Positions 1 through 46,514 of a stretch of DNA of 64,000 nt are shown here, piece after piece (the first letter of the stretch is position 1; every line of letters begins with the position of its first letter). The notes beneath the pieces were generated by a model. It had not been told where the DNA came from. It saw only the letters and a program-made list of their open reading frames with translations, and searched no databases. The stretch comes from Podarcis gaigeae (taxonomy: Eukaryota). Made by a program: the position numbers and the translations under genes. Where the stretch lies: the NCBI GenBank assembly GCA_964106915.2, contig OZ066916.1; one strand, 5' to 3'.

Positions 1-960
1 TTGCATTTCCCCTCTTACATTACAGATATATGCAGAAACTGTCTCCCACTGTGCACTCCACAGCTACTCCTAACACATGTGCAACGGGTGCCTTTAGCAA
101 AGGCAACTCCTGGGCTGCAACAATCCGGATGGAAGGTATGATTTCAAAACACTGGAAGCAGCAGTCTGTCAGCCTCTAAATACAAAGAAAGCGCAGCCTG
201 CTGCAATCTCCTCCCAGGAGGAGTATATTTGCAATCCTGTTCTCAGTAAGCCTCAGATGGGGTTGCCACCACCTTCTCTCCCTCTCCCTCTACCCCCCCC
301 CCCGCAGAATTTATAACCTGCAGCATTTCCAATGTCGGGCAAAAATTCAACAGGTCGTTTCTCTCAACAGAAAGGTGGCACTGCACCTGTTGGACGCCTG
401 CCTGCCTGCCGTTAAAAGTCATAGAAGCCCTGTAAAAATATATATATAAAACTAGCGACATTACCGTCCACCTCCACCCCGCAAAAAAGACAGGTGGACC
501 TGGCGGAGAATAAGTTGCAGCTTAGAGCTTCCTCCTTGGCAAGCAAAACGGGCAGAGCGCCAGAGGAAGTTTGAGCCCAGCCGTCTCCTTATGGAGGCCA
601 CGAAGTGGGTGAGGAGAGCGAAGCGGGCTCCTCTCGTGAAGCCTGGCATGGCGCCTCCCAGCCACCCCGGCTCCACGAGCAAGCCCGTGCTTAGGCGGTC
701 CGGCGGGGGTGTGCTCTGGCGGGGGGATGTGTGTTTGTGTGCCTGTGTGTGTGTCAGCAGGACACGTCTCGGCTGCGCGGGACTGTGCAGCAAAAGGCGC
801 CTCTCGCGCCTGCCCGCTCTCCCCCTCGAGTTCAGCTCCGGGCTGCTGCCGCCGGCGCCGCCTCAGCCGCGCGCGCTTCGAGCCACACACAGAGCCGAAT
901 GGGCTGGAAGGACTTCCTCCGTGCCAGTAAGACCCAGGGCCAGCGGCTGGAGAAGCGCCT

Positions 961-1100
961 GCGCACTGCAGGGGCGCCAGATTTGGCGGGAGGGGGAGTG
1001 TCCAAAAAGCCCTTTGTTTGATGGCATCTCTGTTTACAGAGTTTACTCTTTCATCTCAACCTGTTTCCTCCTCCCCTCTCCCGCTCCTGAGAACTTTGCG
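961..1100 (+). promoter_or_regulatory. MYB core promoter / TSS region (TATA-less)
   Basis: E2F site TTTGGCGGGA 982-991, TCF/SOX-like CTTTGTT 1012-1018, forkhead TGTTTAC 1031-1037, ETS-like TTTCCT 1064-1069. The block closely resembles the mammalian MYB proximal promoter as recalled; TSS inferred at ~1050-1060. Confidence 0.8.
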
Positions 1101-1219
1101 GCGGAGGAGCTCCTCTTAAGCGGCAAGAAACGCCAAGCACCTCTTCCAGCAGCATAAAGCCCTCTCCTCCCCCACCCGCCCACCTACTTTTCGCCTTGCC
1201 CTCAGTGACTAATGCAAGG

Positions 1220-35581
<34,362 letters not shown>

Positions 35582-36975
35582 AAAAGAGTCTTCCAATAAG
35601 CATTATGTTTTCTTTTCAAAACACTTCCACTTGATTTGGACTTACCGTTCCTCTACATGGGAGAAAAACCTTTTTCGTTGTTGTTGTTGTTGTTGTGGTA
35701 CAACATTTGGGAGCAGCACAAAGTGCATTCAGTCACAAAAGCATATATGTGTATATATTGTTCATGTTGGATCTCACCCAACTTAAAAAAAGAAAAGGAA
35801 GAAAATAATTCTGTTTGTTGTTGATGCTTACCTAAACTCTTAGGTATTGAATTTTATGCAATTAATTATTAATAATGTGAATGCCGATTTCTTTCTTTTT
35901 TAAAAAGTGATTTTTAAATGATTTTATATATATATATATATATATTAAAAAACTTTTTGGGAGATCAAATGGACCAGTATTAATTCAGTGAGGAGTTGCC
36001 ACATGAGTTCCCATACCTGTGAGGATGCTTGCTGAGTTTTCCTTCTTTCTTTGAAGAGCTGGCACTCCATCAGTAGCATCATCAGTCACTGAACAAATGT
36101 CTCGGTATGAAATACTGCAAGAAAAGCATTACTGCAAATGCTGATCTAAAGGTGTAGGCTGGGGGCCAATCCAGACTGGCAATGGTCACATAGCTATACT
36201 GTTTGAAGAACTGTTCCACTCATTAGAACTGTAGACTGTTTACGTGTGTATGTTGTTGTTTTTTAATTAGCTTGCTTTAAAAAAATTATTACGGTATGAA
36301 ACATAGTTTTATGAGAACAAATTATATTTTTTATCCAGTAATTTAATTTTGTAAATGTCAAATGGGTTTTGTTCTATTTTTGGTTTGGTTGGTTTTTGTT
36401 TTGCAGGGGGGGGTTGATTTTTTTCTGGTGCAGATTTACACCATGTAGATGGGCAAGGCCATAGAGCTTTATAAACGAAAGAGAAACCTGGGGTGGGGGG
36501 TAGCAAACTTAACTATGCACTAGCATTTCTGACTTTGGAAACATTACTGCTTTTTAACCCCCTACCTGGCCCTCCCTTTTTTTTTGCAAGCAATACTTTA
36601 AAACACTGTTCTTGGGAGATTTTATGTGCCTATATGTGTGCTCATGGGTTTGCAACAACATAGAATGCAAACTCCAGCTATTTGGGAGATCCTAGTCTTT
36701 CTTGCTGCTTCTACTCTTGTTTCACGTGTAGTCTAAATAGTCCCTAACATGGATTCCATACACAAAAACTTTTTTTAAAAAAAAAAATGTATGTCTTTTG
36801 GACTGCCATATCAAACTTTTCCCAGTACTAAGAGAAGGTTGCTTCTTTTTCTTATAATGGATTCTGAATTTGCTGCCTTAATAGAATTAGGTGCAGCTTT
36901 TCCTGCACTTAACTTTTTATAAGACACTGTACTTACTGCCTTGTAGATAAATAAAGCGTGCCGTTTTGTAAAAAC
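35582..36975 (+). other. MYB: MYB 3'UTR (AU-rich, miRNA-site-rich); 3' end approximate
   Basis: Follows the stop codon; contains (GTT)n, (TA)10 and T tracts; terminal block actgccttgtag..aataaa resembles the mammalian MYB 3' end as I recall it. Confidence 0.8.
36950..36955 (+). terminator. Poly(A) signal AATAAA of MYB
   Basis: AATAAA with upstream TGTA elements and downstream GT/T-rich sequence (gttttgt, tgtttgttt). Confidence 0.8.
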
Positions 36976-37244
36976 CTACTGTTTGTTTAAATGCACTTGA
37001 GTTTTAATATATTTGGGGGAGAGAAGTGGGGGGGAAAGTAATCTTGCCACATCCGTCTGTTCATTGAGCAGATCTTGCAAAGTAACAAGATGCCCTTCTA
37101 CCCAGAACTCAAAACATTGGGAGCCCACAGAACCGTATCAAGGCTTGAAATTTCCCATCAAGTTGGGACAGGCCAGTTCTACAATGGATATTTGAGTTAG
37201 ATCTTGTTGTTTAAATAAATTATTCTATACCATTCAGAACATTA

Positions 37245-37674
37245 TCATATATACTCAAGTATAAGCCGACCCTAATATAAGCCGAGGCACCTAATTTTAC
37301 CCAAAAAAAGCTAGGAAAACTCGAGTATAAGCCGGTTCACCACACCACAAACCTCCAAGTGGGCTAGTGTGTGGGTGTGTGGGTGCATGCATGCGCACAC
37401 GGCAGAGGGGGCTTCTCTCCCCCCTCACCCCTTCCGCCCCCCCCCCGCCTACCTAGGGTGCTGCCAAGAGGCAGAGGCTGGTGGCGGCAGTGGCGGAGGA
37501 AGAACAAGCAGCCCAAAAGGGCTGCTTTCGGGCTGCTCGTTCCTCCTCCTCTGCCAACAACAGCCTCAGCCGCTGGAAATGTGTTTGAGTGAGACCCTCA
37601 AGTATAAAAGTCAAGGGGGGCTTTTTCAGCATAAAAAATGCTGGAAATGTTGGCTTATACACGAGTATATACGG
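37245..37674. mobile_element. Tc1/mariner (pogo/Tigger-like) MITE
   Basis: TIRs TCATATATACTCAAGTATAAGCC / GGCTTATACACGAGTATATACGG (left copy CpG-decayed), TA flanks. Confidence 0.88.
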
Positions 37675-38935
37675 TATTTCCATTCAGTGTGGGTATGTCT
37701 GTGTGTAGAACAGGATGGGGCTCATATAGTGCAGAACAACAAAATATGGCTTGGTGCCTGAGTCCTTGTATCTTTCCAGGTTCTGCTGGGGAAAACTACT
37801 GCCTGCATGCTAGTGATTCATTTTCCTGAATAATTAAATATGCATGTTGAATGGAATGTACTTATCCTAGTTCAAAAATGGATATCAGTATACACTCAGG
37901 TGCAGAAGGCCCATGTGTGTATTTTGCACAACATTTTAAACAAGACAAAATCCAATCAGCATCTCAAGAGTGTAACAAGGAAAAATTGACTACAGTGCGC
38001 TTCATGGCGTATTTTGTAGTTGGGCCTGTATACCTCCCCCACTATTGAGTAGGTTCTGTTTGCCCCAAGCCAAAGAATACAAAAAATAAAAGCCAAATGC
38101 CGATACAAGCTGCAATTTGAACCTCAAAATTGCTTCTTTTCTCATATGGCTCAACTTTTAATTGAAGTCAAGTTTGAGGTGCCTCATGACCAGCATATTG
38201 GCATGCCATAATCTTCTGAACAGCTAAGGATATATCCCATACTTTGAAAGAAAGTTATCACATGTCATATGACACTGCTGCTGTCCTCACTATTTTTTTA
38301 AAAAGCCCTTTCATGGCACAAAACACTTTAATATATAATGTATCCTCACAACAACCCTGGGAGGGAAATCATTTCACAAGCAAGGCATTGGACGTGGACC
38401 GGCTCTACCCCCACCCAAAAATGGTGGTGGTGGTGGGGAGACAATTTAAAGGTGAGAAGTGGACCTTTCTCACCCTCAATGGACCTTTCCAACCCTTCCA
38501 TGGGTGCCTCCCCATCCATCGCCTCCAAAATCACCTCATCATGCCCCAACATGGCAATAATCGAGGTTATAAAATAAGCTATGCTAAAAGAGGTTTGTTT
38601 GTTTGGTCAGTCAGTTTTTTGTTTGTAAGCGAGTCGTGGGTAGGGGGGTACCATGGGTTGTCACAGATACAAAGTCTCTCTCATTTTCTTGACTAGACGT
38701 TTACCATGCTTCCTCACTATTTCAGTTTGTTGATTTTCTTTTCTATTTCACACCCAGCATCAACCTGTCCTCACTTTCATAGCTTTGCCCAACTTCCTCC
38801 TTTGACCTGAGGGGCATGCCAGGGGGGTGCTGCTTCACCTTTCCCACTTTGAGGCACTGCAACAGGGTGCTTTTAACAGCTTCTCAAAAGTCCCTGTTCC
38901 AAAATGCCACAGAAACATGGGCACAGCTGCCCACC

Positions 38936-39147
38936 CTCGTAATCTGGTGAACTGGGTTCGCGTCTCCGCTCCTCCACATGCAGCTGCTGGGTGACCTTGG
39001 GCTAGTCACACTTCTCTGAAGTCTCTCAGCCCCACTCACCTCACAGAGTGTTTGTTGTGGGGAGGAAGGGAAAGGAGAATGTTAGCCGCTTTGAGACTCC
39101 TGAAGGGGAGTGATAAGGCGAGATATCAAATCCAAATCCAAACTCCT
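38936..39147 (+). mobile_element. Squam3-like tRNA-derived SINE, 5'-truncated
   Basis: Near-identical to the reverse complement of 61876-62128 (gggttcg B-box region, gggtgaccttgggc core, gatatcaaatccaaactc tail). Confidence 0.85.
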
Positions 39148-39374
39148 AAATCAATAAAAATACATAGCTAACAGCTTCTGCCCTCCCCAACAGAAGGCCT
39201 GCTGCCACTAACAAAAGTCCTGGCTGATGTTTTTGTCTTCCAATATGCTTTGGGCCTGACAGGGTGCTTTAAGGCAGCTTCTGCCAACTCTCAAAGAGAG
39301 AAAGTAGCCCTCACGGAGACCTTTTGTTTGAAAAGAACATGGAGGCCAGGCATCGCTCGCTAATTGACTTGCAG

Positions 39375-39715
39375 GTAGGGATGGAAGTTTCTTATTTTTC
39401 TAATCTTAAATTTTCCACATTTCCATACCAGTTCATTGTTGTTGTTTTTCAGAAGGGGGGGGGGAGTCTTCATGGAAATTTTTTAGCATTTGAGTACGAA
39501 TTTCTCCTAAGACACATTTGTAAGAGCAATTTCCCCAATGCAATTCATTTTTTTTATTATGCTTCCAGTAACATATATATTTTAATGCACACTTTACCTC
39601 AGAATATGCATTTTTTTACACATCTCAGCTTGAGAGCTGCATTGCAAAATCCAGAGAACTGCACATTTTCAAAGATGACTGTGTATTTGTTTCGTTAGGG
39701 TCGTTCACTTTTAAA
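39375..39715 (+). mobile_element. Old interspersed repeat (probable non-autonomous DNA transposon); second copy at ~42995-43390
   Basis: The two copies share ccacatttcca, tagcattt..gaatttctcc and ctgcattgcaaaat..gagaa in the same order. Confidence 0.6.
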
Positions 39716-40339
39716 TGAGAAATGAATCTACAATACAAATCAGCACACATCTCACCTACCCCAAAGCCAGCAACATAAAATCAATATAAAGCTATCATAA
39801 GAATTTGCAAATGGAAAAGATATTTGGTGAGAGTTTTCAGAACAGCAAGAATGCATACCTGTCATACGTTGAAAAGTTTGGGGAAGTGAAAAATGCCTTC
39901 ACTGGCACCTAAAAATTCATAACATAAGGACCAGTCAAGTCTACTGTATGAGGTAGCTATTCCAGAAATTACTCCAGTCATAATATGGTTCGATGCCAAA
40001 CAAACCTGTATTATTTAATTAGTACAAGCAATATATTGTACATATCAAATATATAGAAGCTATATTTAGGGAAACAGTTCCATAAATAAAAGTAAAAGAA
40101 TGTTGACAAAATATTAGGAAGAACTTGATGAAGTTTGAGCCATCAGTTGATAGAACAGAAGGAAATGGACACTTTTTCACTGAAGCAGAGGCTGGTGGGA
40201 AGGTTGCATTCAGCTGTTTTACTCAGAGTAGATCCACTGAAATTAATGAACATGACCAAGTTAGGTCAATTAATTTCTATAAGTCTACTCTGGATAAAAT
40301 TTAATCCTGGATGGCAAACTTCAATAGGGGCTGTATAGT

Positions 40340-40405
40340 AATGGGCTTCCTGCATTGGGAGAGGGATGGGCTCAGGACCATTGAGGTCCTTTTCAACTCT
40401 ATAAT
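40340..40405 (+). mobile_element. Degenerate CR1 3' end interrupted by a solo LTR
   Basis: ttcctgcattg..gaggtccttttcaactctataat, with the tail resuming as tctacg after 40769. Confidence 0.65.
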
Positions 40406-40764
40406 TGTAAAGGTGGTGTCTCCCCTTCGCAGTAACTCTGGCACGGTCAGCTTGGTATTTACAGTATTTATTACATATGTACAAGAAACAGCTACAGTTC
40501 AGAATTATGAATCTGAACCCGTTGAGTCAGATTCAGGGAGTTGAATCCTTCAATTCCCGCGCCAATAAAGTAGGCATGGGAATCATGCGACGTCTTTGAT
40601 CCTTACGTTTCATTTCCCTCCTTGTCTGTGCTGATGTGAAAGCAACCTCCCTTCCAGAGTCTGAGCTCCCTTCCTGAGCCTCTGGGTGGTTGAAGAGCTC
40701 CACAGCATCCCCGAGCCCCTGCTCCCCCTCTTCTGTCACTTGCTTCTCCGGATTCTCCCTGACA
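40406..40764 (-). mobile_element. Solo LTR (359 bp)
   Basis: TG...CA termini, exact 5-bp TSD ATAAT (40401-40405 / 40765-40769); orientation inferred from a minus-strand AATAAA near 40467. Confidence 0.75.
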
Positions 40765-43700
40765 ATAATTCTACGTAAGGGCATTGTTAGAGAGGGGCCC
40801 ATGCCCCTGGTCTTTTGGACTGGGCTCCATATCTCATGTCCCATCATATATATAAATAATCTACAGACATACACACTTGCAGAGCTGATGTATTTGTCAT
40901 GCAGATTTGTTTCATAGTCATGTGCCCTCTTTTAAATATGTAGGAATGTCCCTGATTCTATGACTGGGCTGGTCCAGGAGTGGCCCTGGCAGTCAACAAT
41001 CTACTAGATTAATTGTCTTCAACAGGTGAGCCAGGACCCACTACGGAGTTGCAACATGACCTAAAATGGGTCACAACAGCCCTAAAGACATGGTAAAAAA
41101 GAGAAGTGGGTGTCCACATGCACATTTGGGTTAAAGGTGGTCTTGGGTCTGCAAAGGTTGAAGACAACTTTAAACTACAACAGCAACCCAATAGGTGTGC
41201 AGGATACAATGCAGGACTTTTGCAGATCATATACAGGTCCATTGTACAACAGTTCCTGTCAAATTCACAACTGCAAAACTACACAAAGCAATAAAGTTAA
41301 GTTAACATAAATAGTAAAGGAGGTACTTTGTGTCTTAATTCATGATAAATCACCCAGGTGGTTTCATGTTAGCTTTTCTGGATCTGTGCCTACGGAGAAT
41401 GATGGTGTGTGCGAAGTGTGATGTCACTACTTTCCATATATATGTATGGTGATTAATCTTCATCAGGCATGCTTTTACAGAGCTCCTAGTGAGGCAATGT
41501 TTTCAACATTACATCAGTAATTTTTAATCCTGATTGTTTCAGTTGCCCTGGAGAACTCACAAAATTAAGCCGTTACAATGCTAGCCCAATCATGTACAGA
41601 ATTTGTTAATTGCCATATATATACTGTTATTGCATGCATGCATGCGTACATACATACATACATACATAATAAGTATGTGGCATGGAAATCAAGTAGCTGC
41701 ATATTCAGATTTATTTAGTAATGTGCCCATGGAACTGACATTCACAAAAACACCCCAAATGAGCCTGCAATATATATGTGTGTGTGTATTAGCAATCTGT
41801 TTGGGAGGCTAGCACTCTAATGCATGCACAGAGCTCCCCAGCCAGAGTGCTGTTCTTTGGAGAGACCACTCTGCATGCGTCCCCATTCATTTCAGTCTAG
41901 GAACATCAGCAGACACAAACCAATGGGGATGTTATAGAGCAGTAAGAAGTGCACACTTAGATACACACGCATCAAACTCTAGATTGTGGGGCATGTGTTC
42001 ATTTTGACATCAATATTTACAAGTTTCAAGGAGCAAAGATGTTGCCTTTATTTTATTATTGCTTTCTAGTTACAGGCTCTTCTTGATATCTCTGGGTACA
42101 AAAACACTTGAAATGTGTTTGTTGCAACTCACCCTGCTCTACAGAGCCAAGATTTACCCAGCTCTCCTAGCTTCTATCTCTGTATTGAAGCTTTGTATTA
42201 GCCTATGAGCTAATACAGAAATACAGAATAGTATTTAGGTGAGGAAAAGTGGAGTGCTGCATCTCTCCCAACATTGAAATGTAGGAATCTGCTGAAGGAA
42301 GGCAAAGGTTTCTTTCTCACACACACCTTCTCTCTTCTGCTAGCTTCCAGCAGTCTAGGATTTTTCTTTGCTGCCAGCTATAAACTTGTGTGGACTTTTA
42401 TTTTTATTAACAAGGCTGCAATTTTGTATTGTGGGCCCCACTGTCATCCAGGGTTTTGGTGTTTCAGCATACACAAACAGCCACAGTGTCTTTTGACCTC
42501 TTGCCTTCCCTCAACTTACCATTTGTCTTGCAGCTGGGTGCTGAAAATGTCCCATTTGTGAAAATTGCCTAATTGTGCATCATGCCTTTTGAAGAAAAAT
42601 GTAATGGCAGCTCCTTTAATGAACATAAATGTTTCTACAGTCTGATTCTTATTGTACGCTGTGCATGTCATCACCAGATACACCTGTTTTTTCCTGTCAA
42701 CTTTTGATGGCTGGCACTGCACCAAAACAGCATTCTCTGAATGTGTCTGGGATCTTCTCATAAACAGCGCTGAGAAATGAATGACCCCAAAACACCTGTG
42801 CCCTACATTTTTGACTCATGCACTTCAACTTTTTAAAAATATACATACTTACAACAGTATGCTGGGACTCTTACTACTGAAGTGCCACTTTTGAGATTTG
42901 CAGTTCATAAAGAGGAAAGGGATCAATTTCCTCCAGGAAAGGGACCTGTTCTGTTTGAGAACCACATCTGAAATGGCAAACCTGAGTAGCAGGTACACAT
43001 GGGCAAATCAGTCGGTTCTGGTTTCTCATTTTTTTCCAATCTTCAGGTCCATTCTCTACATTTCCACATCAGTTTGAGGAGAAAAAAATTAATGTCCTCA
43101 TGAAAATTCACTAGCATTTTAGTGTGACTTTCTCCCAATGTACACATTTTTGTGAAACATTTCCACTAATATAATATATGTTTGTGTTACTTCCACTAAT
43201 ATATGCAATGATATGCACTATATGTCTTTTTGTATACATTAGGTGGCTGGAGAACTGCATTGCAAAATTCGGAGAAGTGTGAATTTTGAACAGTGGCTGT
43301 GTTTTTGTTCATGTATTGTTTTGGACAGTGAATTAGGTAAGTAAGCTCACCTTTGACTGTAAGATGCATCAAATTTTTCTTCTATCCCCAGTTACAACAT
43401 TTTAACATGTACAAAGATGGTACTAATTGATGCTTAGTTGTGCAAAATGCACAGAAACATCAAAATGGTGGTGTTTAAAGCCCTAAATGACTCATGCCCC
43501 AAATATCTGAAGGATTGCCTCCTCCCCTACAGAACCTCTCAGGTGCAGAGATCAGCAGGGGGTGCCTGTTGGTAGTTCTTGTCCCTCAGAGGCTCAGGGG
43601 GTACTGGCCTGAAGGAGGGCATTATCTGTGGCAGCCCCTAATGCAGAACTCCCTGCCCATAGAGGTGTGTCTGGCACCTTCATTGTACAGCTTTCAAAGA

Positions 43701-45925
43701 ATGCTTAAGACACACTTCAGTCTTTATCCTGGCTTTTGAAACATGGAAGTAGTTTATATAGTGTTTTAACGCTTTAACCTGCCCTGGGACCTTAGCATGG
43801 AGTGCGGGTAATAAACAAACATATTGCCAGTGGAGCAACACCTAAGCCACCTCTCCTCAGCCTGGTTTCCAACAGCTTTTGGATTATGCCCTAAGCCTTA
43901 GGATGTATACCTGAAACAAGTGTGTATTCTTTCCCCCTTTGTCCCATCTCCATTTCCATCTCTTTTCCCTTCTTGTTTTCTGTCCCTGTGTCACATTTTA
44001 GAATTTTATATTGTAAGGTCTTCTGGACAGGGGCTTTGTAAAGCACTGGGTGCATTGATATATAAACAAATGGAACAACACCAACAAGAACTAGAACAAA
44101 AGCCCTGCTTCTCTCCCCCAACTCAATGTAAAACCATTTTCTAGTCTTTACCACTAGAAGTGGCACTGAATCCATGTTTTTAATGGAAGGTTCAGCTCTT
44201 AGAAAGAAACAACACATTATAAGGCGGGGTTTCACATTTTATGGTATAATTATGGGGAGTCATTCCTAGGGCTGCAAACGCATGGCAGCAAACTGTCAGA
44301 GATGGACAACCACAGAACTTGCACATCAGCAATCAATCTGTTGAATCAGAGCTATTCAGGAATCCAGCTCCTGTTAACAGAATTGTACAAATGATGGGGT
44401 GTGCAAATGAAGGAAAACCTGTTCACATATATATGTACATTCTTGGGAGCCAGAAATGGTTCAAAGTCTATTCCTGGACCAGATTGCGTTTTGTAGTCCT
44501 ATCTACTATTCTTGGCCCTCCAAAGTCAGTCAGAACTAATATAGAGATTCGGTCAAGCTACAACCCCAGCCCCCCGCAACACACACACAAATCCTTGTTT
44601 GTGGGTCAGAGTTGGTTTTCTCTGCCTAATACCAGCAGCGAGCAGTCTTGATGTGGTCCATTTCTGAGAGATATAATGATACCACCAAACCAGCAGGACT
44701 GGATGCACATAATGAAATGTGACAATGTGCTCATTTGTGAAGAGTATAAGAGAGCCCGGGTAGTTAGAGCAACATTTGCATAATCACATTAACTTTCAGG
44801 ACCCAACAATGGCTTCCATTGTCGAAAGCCACAGCTGTCCATGCTGATCCGACACGAAATTGAGTTGTGCTGTCACAGAGCAAGCATCTTCACAGCCATT
44901 CAGAATCCAAATGTGAAAATCAGAGGGCGGGAGAAAGTATGACAGCTCAAGGGAGCTTTGCTCTCCAGGAACACCTATTTCCTGCTTTGATTACTCTTAT
45001 CTAATTGCCATCACTTTTAAGACTACAGCGTGCGTGAGTGGGAGCGCTCACACTAATCATAAAATTGCTTGTTAAAATGTTTCAATGAATTAAGTATCAA
45101 CTATATTAATATTGCTTGAGGTGCATTTACTTTTGGCTCTGAAGTGGTACCGAGAGGAACATTCCAAACAAATATTCTGTACATAACATATCCTGCTGAC
45201 ATAATTGCTACTTTAAAAAATACTTAAAGGAAGAAGGTTAGGTCATGTGCATCTTAATTGTCTTTCCCCTCTTTCCACTTCGAAAGAGATAACTTATAAG
45301 TTATTTGGCAGGTAGCAGTTGAAAGGAAGAAATATTTACTTATAGGAAAACGGAAAGCCATCAAAACTGGGGTAAAGTTTACACATAGACTCATTGTGGC
45401 TATGAAGAAAGAAACCAACTAATCCCTAAAGAATACAATCTGGCAGAAGCAATCTTATATATATATCACACACACAAATATTTTTCAGATCTTTGCTTAG
45501 TCCCAGAAAGTGTTTAAGGCTTAGCTCTCTGCACCAGAGACTTAGTTGCATTCCTTGTTGCAATAATATGACTTCTATTTTGCATAAAGAAATACAGCCT
45601 ATAAATATATTTCTTCTTTTGAAGAAATACATGTAAGCAACCAGGTAAAATAGCAATTTTTTGTTAGACCAATTCAAGTTATTGAAATGCGCAAGTTTGA
45701 AAGTTACCCAAAATTGTTCATGTAGGTGTGTGCAAGCTGTTGTATTACAATCTGTTTCATCAAAAGACGTTTGCCCAGTAGAAAGCAATTTCTTGCCAAA
45801 AGTATATACTACTCTTTAGTGCTAATACACCAACTGATTTCTTAAACCAGCTTTGAAAGCATGCGTAGCACTTTATTGAAGAATAAACTCACAACAAACT
45901 AAAGCCTTATTGAGATTCAGATGTA

Positions 45926-46514
45926 CCATATTTTTCGTCCAATAGGACGCTCCGTCCCATAGGACGCACCTAGTTTTTTGGGGGGGAAATAAAGGGAAGA
46001 TTTTTTCCCCTTTATTTCCCCCCCAAAACCAGGTCGGGGAAACCGAACCAGGTCGAGGAACAGCGGGATGGCGGCGCTGCACCTCCTTGCTGTCCCCCGA
46101 GCTTGTGGGGCTGGCCGGTGTCTGTCTGGCGCGCGGGCGCTCTGTTTCAGGGTGCACCTCGCGCCGGGCGGCAGGCTGCTATCCGCAGCGTGGGGAGCCC
46201 TGTGGGGAACTCCCGCAGAGCTCCAACACGCTGCGGATGTCTGCCCGGCGGGCGGGGCGCTTTGCTTCAGGGCGCCCCTCGCGCAAGGCGGCAGGCTGCT
46301 ATCCGCAGCGTAGGGAGCCCTGCAGGAACTCCCGCAGGGCTGCCTAGGCTGCGGATGTGTTCCCGAAGCAGGAGAGCGAGAGGGGTCGGTGCGCACCGAC
46401 CGCTCTCGCTCTCCAAGCTTCAACGAAAGCCTGCATTCGCCCCATAGGACGCACCCAGATTTCCCCTTCATTTTTGGAGGGGAAAAAGTGCATCCTATAG
46501 GGCGAAAAATACGG
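45926..46514. mobile_element. Young GC-rich Tc1/mariner-type MITE
   Basis: TIRs CCATATTTTTCGTCCAATAGGACGC / GCATCCTATAGGGCGAAAAATACGG, TA flanks, subterminal CCCATAGGACGCAC repeats, CpGs retained. Confidence 0.9.

Noticed and set aside
439-451. TATATATAAA as the MYB TATA box
   Set aside because: About 600 bp from the inferred TSS, too far for a core TATA element.
461-1157. Overlapping long ORFs (188, 122 and 110 aa) upstream of MYB
   Set aside because: They lie in the GC-rich promoter where stops are rare, run through simple repeats and TF sites, and show no recognisable domain.
45873-46471. 184-aa minus-strand ORF with an internal repeat
   Set aside because: Essentially the GC-rich MITE; the repeat is its tandem duplication and there are no transposase motifs.
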